Shown here: one piece after another, positions 35,864-47,400 of the stretch | Layout of the letters: the number at the start of each line of letters is the position of its first letter | Numbering within the stretch: the first letter of the stretch is position 1 | Virus record (IMG/VR): IMGVR_UViG_2974723051_000001 | Location: 10,326 to 74,325 of that record | Origin: a virus | Taxonomy: Duplodnaviria; Caudoviricetes | DNA length: 64,000 nucleotides | Strand: one strand, 5' to 3' | Notes under the pieces: model-generated | Database searches by the model: none | What the model was told of the DNA's origin: nothing | Seen by the model: the letters and a program-made list of their open reading frames with translations, nothing else | Translations under genes and position numbers: made by a program

Positions 35864-36622
35864 ATGAGTTTATTCGCTAAAGCGCAGTCGCAAGCTACAC
35901 AAGTTAAAGTCGAGAACAAAGATTCACTAGGTGGTGGTTTCACCTTTGAAGGTGGTATCCATCCGGCAGGTGTCAAGATGATGTATCTTGATGCTTGGGG
36001 AAGTGGTGCACTGTTCGTGGCTATTGAACTTGGTGTACTAGTCGACGGTCAAGAAAAAACTTACAAAGAGAACATCACTATCTCTAACGGTGCTGGTGAG
36101 TTCACTTACAAAGACAAGCAATCTGGTGAAGACAAACCAATGCCGGGTTATGCTACTGTCGATAACCTTCTAAAAATACTTACAGGTAAAGGCTTCTCTG
36201 AGCAAGCACCTGAAGTTAAATCAGTTAAGGTTTACAACGCTGAAGCTCAAGCTGAAGTTAACGAAGACCGTGAAGTGTTCGTTGAAGCACTACGTCAGAA
36301 GTTCCACGGTGGCTTCATTCTAGCTAACGTCGATAAGACTAAGAAGAATGATAACTGGCAACCGGGTATGGATAAGAAACTTCGTTACCTACCGACTGGT
36401 GAAACCAAGTTGGTTAATGAACTAGCTTACCTATTCGACGAAGATATGAAAACTATCGTTGAGATTGAAGCAGGTAAAGAAGCTAAGTTCCACGAAGGTT
36501 GGGCTGAGAAATTTACGGGTAAAACAATCGAGAAAGCTAAAGGTGTTGGTAAAGGTGCTCCTACTGCTGGTGCTCCTGCACAAGCTCAAGCGGCTGCAAC
36601 TGACTCTCCATTGTTCCCGTAA
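35864..36622 (+). CDS. single-stranded DNA-binding protein (N4 gp45-like)
   Basis: DSLGGG, TY.DK..G...PMPGY, Ala-rich tail ending SPLFP; N4 synteny. Confidence 0.85.
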   Translation: MSLFAKAQSQATQVKVENKDSLGGGFTFEGGIHPAGVKMMYLDAWGSGALFVAIELGVLVDGQEKTYKENITISNGAGEFTYKDKQSGEDKPMPGYATVDNLLKILTGKGFSEQAPEVKSVKVYNAEAQAEVNEDREVFVEALRQKFHGGFILANVDKTKKNDNWQPGMDKKLRYLPTGETKLVNELAYLFDEDMKTIVEIEAGKEAKFHEGWAEKFTGKTIEKAKGVGKGAPTAGAPAQAQAAATDSPLFP

Positions 36623-36630
36623 TAGTATAT

Positions 36631-36657
36631 AGTACCTCTACGGAGGTACTTTACTTT
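36631..36657 (+). terminator. intrinsic terminator
   Basis: AGTACCTC-TACG-GAGGTACT-TTACTTT. Confidence 0.7.
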
Positions 36658-37054
36658 GACTGATTTAAATACCAAATCGATATCTGCACCCTTGGTGGTT
36701 CCTGTTAGTTCGAAAAAGAATTTCACACTTAATTTGAACCAATACAGGAATGCTCATTTCCAAGTACTGAATAAGGCGAAGGTGGTCTATAAGGATATGG
36801 TCAAGTTACCTATTCTTAATCTCCCATCTTTCACTAAGGTACGAATTGAGTATGTCTTATATCCCAAAACCAAAAGAAAGACTGATGTTGCTAATGTCTG
36901 TTCTATCCACGATAAGTTCTTCAGTGATGCCTTAGTTGAACTAGGGAAGTTACCGGAAGATAACTATGAACACCTAGTAGAAGTAACTTATCGGTTTGGC
37001 CACGTGGATAAAGATAACCCAAGGGTGGATATCACCATAACGGAAGTTGATTAA
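36656..37054 (+). CDS. RusA-like Holliday junction resolvase
   Basis: LNLNQYRN.H, RKTDVAN...KF..DAL...G.L.EDN, D.DNPR. Confidence 0.85.
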   Translation: MTDLNTKSISAPLVVPVSSKKNFTLNLNQYRNAHFQVLNKAKVVYKDMVKLPILNLPSFTKVRIEYVLYPKTKRKTDVANVCSIHDKFFSDALVELGKLPEDNYEHLVEVTYRFGHVDKDNPRVDITITEVD

Positions 37055-37545
37055 TGAAAATTACCTTAACGTATGAAGAAGCAGTAGCTTACGTACTAGC
37101 AAGTGATGACTTCAGTCATTTCGGTGATGGTACTGAGGTTGTTATTGAAGGCTTCGAATCTACCACTCCAGTTGTAGAAGAGAAACCAGAAGAAAAACCT
37201 CAACGTCGTAAGCGTCGTACTCGTAAGCAAATTGAAGCTGAAAAAGCTGCGCAGGAACCAGTAAATTCTCAGGAAGAACTGGATGCAATTGCTCAGGAAG
37301 TGGATGCTGAACTTGAAGCTGATTCATCTAATACCTCGACTGACAGCGAAGGGGAATCTTCAAGTACTGAAGAACATGCCCCATCTGTACAGCGCACCGA
37401 AGCAGAACAACAGCAACTAGATATGGTTGATGAAGTTATTGCTGAAGCTGATGCAGCAGAAGCTGAAGAAGCTCTTACACAACCAGCTCTAGTAGAGCAG
37501 GAAGTGAATGAAGTTATCGATGCTGATGCCCCGCTATTCCCGTAA
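37054..37545 (+). CDS. acidic hypothetical protein
   Basis: E-rich with RRKRRTRK patch; ends APLFP. Confidence 0.75.
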   Translation: MKITLTYEEAVAYVLASDDFSHFGDGTEVVIEGFESTTPVVEEKPEEKPQRRKRRTRKQIEAEKAAQEPVNSQEELDAIAQEVDAELEADSSNTSTDSEGESSSTEEHAPSVQRTEAEQQQLDMVDEVIAEADAAEAEEALTQPALVEQEVNEVIDADAPLFP

Positions 37546-37551
37546 TAGCTT

Positions 37552-37770
37552 ATGGTAACCTATATTAAATGTGTAGGTTTCCTTTTGGCCTGCCTACTTC
37601 TTGGATTGATATCACTAGCACTAACCCCATTCTTAATTGCAATCGGGGTTGGTATGTTAGTTATGTTTGCTGGTTTCATCTTGTATGAGGCCCGTAAAAT
37701 AGATATTGATGCAGAAGTAGGTAAGCTCAAAGAAGAACGGAAAGGAAACAAAAATGAAAGTAAAATGTGA
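37552..37770 (+). CDS. small membrane protein
   Basis: Two TM segments, charged tail. Confidence 0.65.
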   Translation: MVTYIKCVGFLLACLLLGLISLALTPFLIAIGVGMLVMFAGFILYEARKIDIDAEVGKLKEERKGNKNESKM

Positions 37771-37903
37771 TTGTAAACATGAAGGCCAAGATGAACTGCA
37801 TGGCAAAGGTATGCGTGTAGCTAACAAGATTTCATCTAAAGATGGCAACATGGTTCGTTGTACCGTGTGTAAAAAAGAATCTCGTGTAAGCGAGAAGAAG
37901 TAA
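37754..37903 (+). CDS. 49-aa zinc-ribbon protein (MKVKCDCKH...RCTVC)
   Basis: AAGGA RBS; CxCxH and CxxC; below ORF-track cutoff. Confidence 0.65.
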   Translation: MKVKCDCKHEGQDELHGKGMRVANKISSKDGNMVRCTVCKKESRVSEKK

Positions 37904-37909
37904 TTCGAT

Positions 37910-37934
37910 AGGGAGCTTAGGCTCCCTTATTTTT
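37910..37934 (+). terminator. intrinsic terminator
   Basis: AGGGAGC-TTAG-GCTCCCT-TATTTTT. Confidence 0.75.
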
Positions 37935-37945
37935 GAGGAACCAAT

Positions 37946-38152
37946 ATGAAAGCATTCTATTGGCTCAGAACATTCTTACGTTTTGCAGCTTTCTTAGCAG
38001 GTGCTTTAATTAGCCTACCTTTCTTTATTCTATTTCGCTTCGCTCCTGACCCAAGAGCATTAGAAGATTTCTTCTGTAGAGAAATAGATTATCTATACTC
38101 GAAGGGTTGTTTAACTAAAGCAGAAGCAGATGAACTTAAGAAATTTAAATAG
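37946..38152 (+). CDS. small membrane protein
   Basis: GAGG RBS; one TM. Confidence 0.65.
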   Translation: MKAFYWLRTFLRFAAFLAGALISLPFFILFRFAPDPRALEDFFCREIDYLYSKGCLTKAEADELKKFK

Positions 38153-38161
38153 GAGTATCTT

Positions 38162-38380
38162 ATGGAATTAGATATGGAAAAGTTACACTGGGCTATTGGT
38201 ATGGTTAGTGGCCAAGGTATATTAGTGCTATTTGCACTATTTGTTTGGTTACCGGGGCGTTGTAAAGAAGTACTCGCAGTTGAAACAGAGTACTGGGTAA
38301 GTAAACATATATGTACTGATGCACCTTACGATGAAAAATATACAGACGTAACCATACATATAAAAAACTACACAAGATAA
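38162..38380 (+). CDS. small membrane protein
   Basis: AGGAG RBS; one TM. Confidence 0.65.
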   Translation: MELDMEKLHWAIGMVSGQGILVLFALFVWLPGRCKEVLAVETEYWVSKHICTDAPYDEKYTDVTIHIKNYTR

Positions 38381-38407
38381 AAGGGAGCCAGTTGGCTCCC
38401 TATTTTT
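38378..38407. terminator. bidirectional terminator at the middle/late convergence
   Basis: AAAAGGGAGCCA-GT-TGGCTCCCT-ATTTTT. Confidence 0.8.
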
Positions 38408-38408
38408 A

Positions 38409-41400
38409 TTAACTAAATGGTTTCATTGTCACAATATCAGGTGCAGCTCCTAGGAAGCTTTCCACTGGGTTAGCAATTCTAGTTAGAGGGTTAGTCTCAA
38501 CTATCATTGTTGAATCCATGATATCTGGAATGTCACCAAAGAAGTTTTGCAATAGCATAATGATAGTAGCTCTTGCTGGATTCTCTGCAAATGTCTTAGC
38601 AATGATACGTTGTACACGAATCAGATACTTACTAAACATTAACAAACCAAGGTCATTCAAGTACTGAACACCTTTATGAGTTGGTAAGTCATAGTCAATG
38701 AAGATATCCATTACATAGCCAGCAGCTACATCTGGTTCCATACCCTCTGCTAACTTCTTCTTGTACAGTACATAACGTGCACCAAAGTCAGAGAACTGTG
38801 CAGCTTCACTCAAGAAGTCATACAAGTTAGAACCTTGCATTACTAATGCTTCTTTAGCTACATCACGTACACCTTGTGGAATACGGTTAGTAGCATCTTC
38901 GATTCTATCTTGCCAACCAATGTCAGATAACTTGCGGTTAACCTTCTGACGTAGCTTATACTCTTCAACCTCAGTATCCACATCCTCTACGATAGTAGAT
39001 AGCAAACCTTGGTCAATCATATCAACTACAGGGTTAGCAGCCATCTCATCTTCCAATTCAATTAGTCGAGATTCATACACAGTACGCTGATTAGCACTCA
39101 ACGTAGGCGAACCAAGTTTAATACGAACCTGTTCAAGTTCTTGGTTCAGGTCTTTGTACTGTCTCATTGCTTTGAATGAATCTTTATGACCTTTCAAGAT
39201 ATCCACTAGTGGAACACCCATCATCTTAAGTAGTACTACGTTAGATAGCATGTTACCCAAAGTAACTACACCAGACTTGATAACGATAATGTCTTTTACA
39301 GCTTTGGCCAATGCAGTCATAAGTTCTTCACCCTGACGTACACGTAGTGCAGCTTTCTTACCAAAAATCATCTCTACAAAATTAGTAAACAATTTCTGAT
39401 AAACATTACGTTCCTCTTTATCCAGTTGCCAAATATTAGCAGCAGTATACTTATGGTAACCAAACAACAAATCAACTACATCTCTACGAACATATAGACG
39501 TTCTTTACCACCCCAAGAAGCAGCAATAGCTTCCTTCATATCTTCCGGTAGTAGTCGATAAATCTCACGATGTTCTTCACTAGCAGAGCGAGGACTAATA
39601 GATACATAGTCATCACGGTTATCCTTATCTTCGTCATACATTTTACGTAGAACTTTAGTAAGGTCTTCATTCTGCTTACGCATATCATCTTTAACTGCAA
39701 GGTTAGACATCATAATACCCATCAAATCATCAAATGATGAATCACGGTGTAGAATGTCATCTTTCACTTTGTCACTCATAACATAACGATAGTTAACAAT
39801 GTCACCATTCTGGTTAACCAATGGAGCAGAGTAAGTACGTGAAGTTAGGTTGTTACTAGTCCAACTATCCACAGTAGCTAATCTAGCTTTAGAAGCCATA
39901 GCATCAAAGTCAGATGTATTCACAACATTGTGACTAGAAGTAGTTGATTGAACTACATCAGTACCACGGTGAGTATCTGTCATCAGGTAACTAACACCAC
40001 CAATGTTCGCAGGAATACCACCATAGTTATTTACATATAAATACTTAGTAGTCTTGTCTGGGTCATTAGGGTCTTTAGGCACTGCTTCACCTAATGAGTA
40101 ACCTTGGTCTTCCATATCTGCTTGTTCATCCAATGTGCCTACTTTAATAGCTACATTTGGGTCAACCTTATCAGTCATGAAACCTTTAACCATATGACGA
40201 GAGTTATCTTTAAACTCTTCTTTAGAACGCTTATGCAATTCTTTAGTCAGATTAAGTGAGAAGATTACACCATCTAAGTCATCTTGAACCAAAGCATTAA
40301 AACGTTGCTTATCCTTCGTAGGCATTGCTTGAATAGCATACAAAGTAGCTAGTGCATCAATTACTGGTTCAGCATTACGAGCATGTTTAGGCATACTTCT
40401 GTGAGTACCAATAGCATCAGCAATGTTCTGTGCATTCAACATAGCATTAGGGATATAGCTCTTACCTGTCATCATGAACTGGCCAAGGTTCTTAGCCTGT
40501 CTAATGTAGTAGTTACCATAACCTTGGAATGTCATAGCTTTAGCTTCTAACTCTTTAATCTTAGTAGTTAGGTCAGACCTATTAGCAACTAGTGCCAATG
40601 CTTCCGCATCGGTTAAACCAAGAGAGCTCAAGTCAGTCTTCAATAGGCCATATGACAATGCTTGACGTTGTTCTACTGTTAGCTTCTCTTTGAATGCTTC
40701 ATTGATAGCTGTACGGTAGTCAGTTCTAACTTGCATACGGAAACGGTCAATATTCTTATTAGCTAATCGCTTCATATCATGGAGGATACCTACATAGTTG
40801 TATCGACCTCTTGCCTCTGTAGCTAAACTTAGGAACAACTCAGCAGCAGACTTATCAGACTTACGTAACTTGTTGTAACCAGTTTCAATGATACTAGTTA
40901 GTGTTTGTACATTACCTGACTTAACCGCCTCTTTAACCTTAGCTGAAGCTTTATCACTAAACTTCTTAAAGGTATCAGCAAATACAGTATCCACTGCTCT
41001 CTCTACCTGAGTTTCAATAAAGTTCTGTGCAGGTTTAACTACTCGTAGTGTCTTAGCTTTCAATGCATTCTTAGCACTAGTATCAACACCGGCAAATGCT
41101 TTAAACAGTTCTTCTAACTGTTTATCAGCAGTCTTGCCATAAGTACTTAACATACGTGACTGTAATGCACTTAGCATTCGACGGAAGAAGTTATAAACTC
41201 TTTGTGCCAACTTACCAACCGAACCAGTAGCAGTATTTAACTCATCTGCTTTATTTGCATACTCAATTTTAGATAGTGCTTTAATGAAGTTCTCATTAGT
41301 CACACCTAGAGCTACAAACTCATGTAAGTGGTTAGAACGTCTACGCCCTTTCTCTTTACCTACTACAGTTGGTTTGAATACATGGTTCCATCTCTGTTGA

Positions 41401-44400
41401 GCAGCTTCATACTCATCTTTGAATGTAGGGTCAGATTCACTCATCTGAGGGTCATTCATAAAGTCACGAGGAGTAACTACTTTCTTAGCTTGGTTCCATA
41501 AAGCTACTAGCTCATTACGTTCTTGCATCTGTTGCTCTACACCTACCATAGAGACGTTATGCACTAATTCGTGTGCAAACACTTCAGATGAAGACATACG
41601 AATACCATTGGCCAGTGAACCAGATTTAGGTAATGCACCGTCTACCTGATTAACGATGTACATATCTGTACCATCGGTAGAACCAATAGTCTCTGTCTCA
41701 GTAGACGAACCAATATGAAGATTGAATGGAGTAATCGCTTGGTTTACTACGTCATTGATTACATTACGTAGATGTTCAAAGTGATTAGTACTATCTTTTA
41801 CTACAGATACTTTCTGTAACTCTTCAAATACTCGTTCAGTAGTCATACTGTCAATTGAACGAGTGTCATCAAATGTAAAGTTATCTTCGATAACTCTCTG
41901 TGGACTTGAACCAAACTTATGTTTAGGTACGAATGCTGAATCTTCACCATTAGAGTATTGCTCTGAACGAACGATAGCTTTCATTACCTTTTGCTTGTTC
42001 TGCATATGGTCTGTTGCCAGTCCATTGATAGCAGAAGTAAGTTGCTCAAGAGTACCAGTATCAGTACCAAGAATAGACTTAGAAGCAGCTTTCAGTGCTT
42101 CAGGCGGAACTTCCAAACCAGAAGCTACATACCCATCAACTACACGACTAAGCATCTGTGCAATCTCTTGAGGAATAGAGTATTGGTAGTTAATAGAGAG
42201 GAAGCCTTGATTGTACTTCTCTTTATCTGAACCAAAGTTATTACCAGAGATATATGATGCATCGTGTACGTTTAGGATAGTTGCATTCTTCAACATCTGA
42301 ACCTGAGTAGCAGCATCGATACTCTGAGTCATAGTTGGGATTGGTGCAGCACCCGGTGCTTTAAAACTACGTAACTGACCACCAGAAGTAGAAGATTTCT
42401 TACCTTTAAGTTTAGTAGACTTAATAGATACTTTAACTTCCTTCGGTGCAGGAACCATTTCAAAACCAGATAACATCAAGCCAGTATTCAACTGTGTATC
42501 TAGATTCTTACTTGATAACTTACTGTTAGCAGTATTCACAATTGGGGTAACTGGTTTAAGTTGCTCAAGTACTTGTTGCTGTACTTCATTGGTTAGTGTT
42601 TCATATTTACCAATTTCATTCTCATACATACCCATGAATAGTTCATGTGCAAGGTTAGCAGCAGCATTCAGTTGAGTACGTGCATTAAATGACACTTCAT
42701 ACTCAGATTCCATAGCATCTTTAAGTGGTGCTTGATAAACGTTAGCAGTTGCTTGTTTAAGATTACGGATATCTTTCTTAGTTAGTTTAAACTCTAAGAT
42801 TTGTGAACCTTTAGTAATCTTATAGTTATTGCCTGTAAGGGCATTAACAGTAGCAAGTGTTTCACGAACCAATTGAGTATTCTGAGTATCATATGCTTTC
42901 TGTAAGTTAGCATATATTTTATCAATAGCTTGTGAACCTAGGTGGTCAGCGATAGTTGCAATACCAGCACCATAAATAGAAGTCATTAATGGTCCTTTAG
43001 CAATCTTACGACCATCACTAGTTACTTCCATTTCACCTTCTTCGTTAAGCTTACCGAATGAACCAAATAACTTACTTAATTCTACATATTGTTTCTGTAG
43101 TGCAGGTTGGTTTTGTACTTCAGCTTCAATAGCACGTTGCCAGTTCTCAGCTAGAGATTTATATGAATCTTTATTAGCTGGATTAGCTTGCCACTCATTA
43201 TACGTCAGGTCTGTATCGTACATACCCATACGTTGCAACTGAGTAAACATTTGCTCTAAGTTATCGCTAGAAAATTGAAGTGTAGTAATAGCAACACCGT
43301 TAGTAATACCATCTACTTCACGAGCCAAGTTATGACTAAAACTAGTTTCACCAGAAGCTTTAGCATTCTCATACTTAGCCATCTCAACAATAGATAAGTA
43401 AGACTTCATCTTACCTTCACCAGCTTTAACACCTTTAGCTACTGCTTCTTGGTTCTCACGTGTATTGTTACCGGCCATGATAGATTTCATAGCATCAATA
43501 GCATTACGGATATCTTCTTTAGCTAACACATCATTGAGCTTTTCCAAAGCTTTCTGTGAAGCTGTACCATTACTATCACTAGCAAACTTAGGTACTTCGA
43601 TATCAAAACCTTCACCTACAGCTAGTAGGAAGTAATTCTCACCTTCAGTATTGAAATCAAAGGTAGTATTCCACTCACCACGATTAGTCATGTATCGATG
43701 AATCTTAGATGACTGTGGATTGAATCGTGTACCAATACCCATACGACCTTGCTTCCACACTGTATGTGGTAGGTAGAATGGAGTATCAATTCCTTCAGTT
43801 TGGTTCTGTACTTCTTGATACCATTCTTGAGCAATCTCTAACTCACGTTCAATAGCACGGTTAGCACCATCAACACCTGCTTTAGTTACATCCATAATCT
43901 TAGATGTATCACTCACATAACCAAGCATCTCTTTACGTAGGTCATCTTCAAATTCAAAGAATGAACCAACAGTATCCTGACGTAAGTAGTATGGTTTCTT
44001 TTGGTCTTCTTCCAGAATCTTACGCTGAGACTCAGGTACTTTCTGAGTAGATTTACTTACAGTAGTTGTACCTTTAGGAGCTTTAAATGAAGGCATAGGT
44101 CTTTCAGATACCGAACCAAAGACATCACTCATAAATGAGGATTTCTCTCTATTGGTTTCGATTACTCTTTCAATCCCCGGTGTTAGATTAAGCTGAGTCA
44201 TTACATATGATTCAGAACCCTCTAAATCTTGAATAGCTCTTGGAGCACCAACACCATATACATTCTTAATAGCAGAACCTTTTACTGGTTTGGCTTCTTG
44301 AAGTACATCTGCTTTACGTAAAGCTTCATAAGCCCATAGTCCCATAGCAGTCTCTAAACGAGTCTGTGCATCTACTGGAGCAGTAGGAGCCATCTTCAAG

Positions 44401-47400
44401 TTAAGGGTCTTAAATGCAGCAGTACCAAGTGAGTTAATGATACTAGTACGACGAGTACCAGTAGGAATTACATTAACTAGTTCTGGTTCCACATAGTCCT
44501 CATCGGACAAACCAAGTAGATTACGAATACTGTCGTAAGTTTGAATAGTAGACTCTTTACCGCTAGCAATTACCCACTCATAAGCACCTACAGCCATAGC
44601 AGTTTTAACGTTAGCTGGTAACTGGCCAGACTCATCTACTAAGTATTGTACGTAGTCATCACTTAGGTAATCTTCTTTAACTTCAAATACTGAATCCAAA
44701 GCACCAGTAAATGATTGGTTAAAATTAGCAAAGCTTCTAGCTACTACTTCCGCTTCAGTAGGTACAGCACCTTCATAGACTTGTTCAAGAGTATTAGTAG
44801 TGTCATTCTTTAGACGAGTACCAAAGTCATTCACCTTATTAAGTGCTGACTTCTTATTACCTGCATTGAAATACTCACTAACCAAGTTAGTTGTATCTTC
44901 TTTACTGGTTAACTCTTTAGCTAATGAATAATCTTTTATCTGGTCTGGGACAGGTTGAGCAGGAACCGCAGGAGAAGAAAGTTCTGTAGCCAAACCTACG
45001 TCAGTAGGTTCTGGTGATACAGAAGTTTGTTCGACTAAGGATTCCGGAGCAACTTGTTCCTGAGCAGTACTTAACCTTTGAAGTTCTGAGTTAGGGTATC
45101 TGTCATATACTTCTTTAATTGCTTCTTGTTGTAGACGTAAACCTTCAACAGTAGCCGCAGATGTATCTAATGCAGGGTTAGCTTGTCTAGCTCTATTTGC
45201 CCACTCACTAAGTGGAACTTCATTAACCTTAGTTAATGCTTCATTACGAGATTGTACAAATGCAGCTACTTCTTTATTACGCTCACTTAATGTCTTAGTT
45301 GGGATAATACCTTCATCAGGTACAACTACAGTATCTGGTGCAGTAGCTCGTTGTTTCTCTGCCAATACAGCAATCTGCTGTCTAGCTCTAGGAGCAGCAA
45401 CTTCTTCACCGGTAGTAGTATCAATAATTGAATCACCGGTAACATTGTAAACACGAGCACCTACTTTAACTGAAGTTGTCCCTTCTGTAGGAGCTTGTTC
45501 AGTAGGTTGTTCTTGTACTGCTTCTGGCTCTGCTACAGGCTCAGGAGTAGGAGTTACTTCTTCTGCTTGTGTTTGTACCGGTTCAGTAGGTTGAGCTACT
45601 GGAGTGACTACAGGAGACATAGCAGCATATGCATCATTAAGAGCATTAGCTTCCTGACGTACAGTACCTACAAGATTACGTGAACGAGCATCAATAGTTA
45701 GTTGCTTACCTGAACCAATATCAACCTTCTGAGGTTCCTTAGTTTGCTGATAAGTAGCATATGCTTGTTCAATGTTATCTGCTTTAGCTGTATGTCTATC
45801 TGCAAATGCTTTAAGACCTTGTAAGCCTTTATTAGCAGTATCCTGATTACCTGAGAAAACCATATCCTGATAATCACGAATACCTAGCATTTCTCTACCA
45901 GTATCACGAGATACACCACCATCTACGATGTGGGAACCAACAGTACTCAATGTCTCAAGTGAGCGTTGAACTGTAGCATATGCACGTAACTCAGTATTCT
46001 CTGATTCAGTTAGGCCATTATCAGCATTAGCAATTGCATCTGCTTGGTCAGCAGTTAGAGATTCAGGGTCAACACGGAATGAACCAAATGAACGTTTAGC
46101 AGCTTCTACATCACCAGTAGTTGCAGCTTGAACATCTTGTTCTACAGTTGCAGCATCAGGAGTAGCTTCTACACGCATAGCACGTACAGTATCGGCAGCT
46201 TTAGCAACTTCAGGTTCTAGAGTACTAAGTTCAGATTCAATCTCTTGTACACGTGTAGCATCAGCTTCAGTAGGAGATTCTTTAGAACCTAATTCGATTA
46301 ACTCTTCTTTAAGACTAATTACTTCAGCATTCTTAGCTAATGTTTGTTCACGTGCAGTTTGATAAAACTCTTCACGTTTCTCGGGATTCTTAGCAGCAGC
46401 TTTAGATAATACTTCTACGGACTCACCGAGTGAAAAGCTATCACTAGTAGTGTCAGTAAAAGCGCTAACGTCCCCAGACTCAATAGCAGATTTTTTAGCA
46501 TCACGTTTCTCCACAAAAGCTTTATTTCTCTCTTGGAGAGAAGTCTTTGCTTTAGTAGTCGTTTCCTTGACTGCTTTAGCTGTAACTGCACCGCCTTCAA
46601 TTGTTGTACCAGCGGCAGCACCAATAACACCAGCTTCTAATAACTTACCGTAGTCCTGTACTTCACGAAGCTTAGATACATCTTCTTCAATTGCTGTTTG
46701 AGCTGCTTCAGTAGCACCTTCAGTTACAGCAGATTTACCAAGACCTTTAAGTGTTTCTTTTAAAGTTTGAGCACCTGTTTGACTAGCTTTCTTAGCAGAT
46801 TTAACCAGTGAAGCATCACCAATTCTATCTAATGCACCAGCACCAACAGACCATGCAGCCATTTCCTGCATATCAGCAGCAGAAGGTAACTTACCGTCAT
46901 TCTTCTCTTGGTAATCAGCGATAGCATCTGCAAACACAGTACCGGAATAACCAGCAGAACCAATAATACCAAATGGAGCTTGGCCTAATGATTCAACAGA
47001 GTATTCAGCAATAGCAGCAGGATTTTCTATAGCAGCCCGAATAGTATCTAATGTAGCGCCTAGTACTTGACCTGCCTTAGCAATAGCACTTAAGTCATCA
47101 CTCTTCCATGCTTCATCAAATTGCTGCATAGCCGGAGCCATATCAGCAGCCATCTTATTACGATTGCCCGGATTAATATCTACTAAACTTGTAGCTGCAT
47201 CTACGATATCTTTGGCTTGTTTCTGAGCCGCTAGTGCAGCATCAATACGCTCTGCATATGTTTCAGTACGCGCTAATGCTTGAACAGCACCAAACTGACC
47301 GAAAGATGAACCTCTACGTTCTTCTTGTTTATCGGCCGGTTCAGCTAACTTATCTAATGCCTTAGCTCTTTCTTCTTCAGTAGCATTTGGATTACGTACA

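Noticed and set aside
41863-46653. Short ORFs antisense to or nested in vRNAP, and similar shadow ORFs over MCP, gp57, polymerase, primase and the 1575-aa gene
   Set aside because: Shadow frames of strongly biased coding sequence, with no RBS or recognisable motifs.
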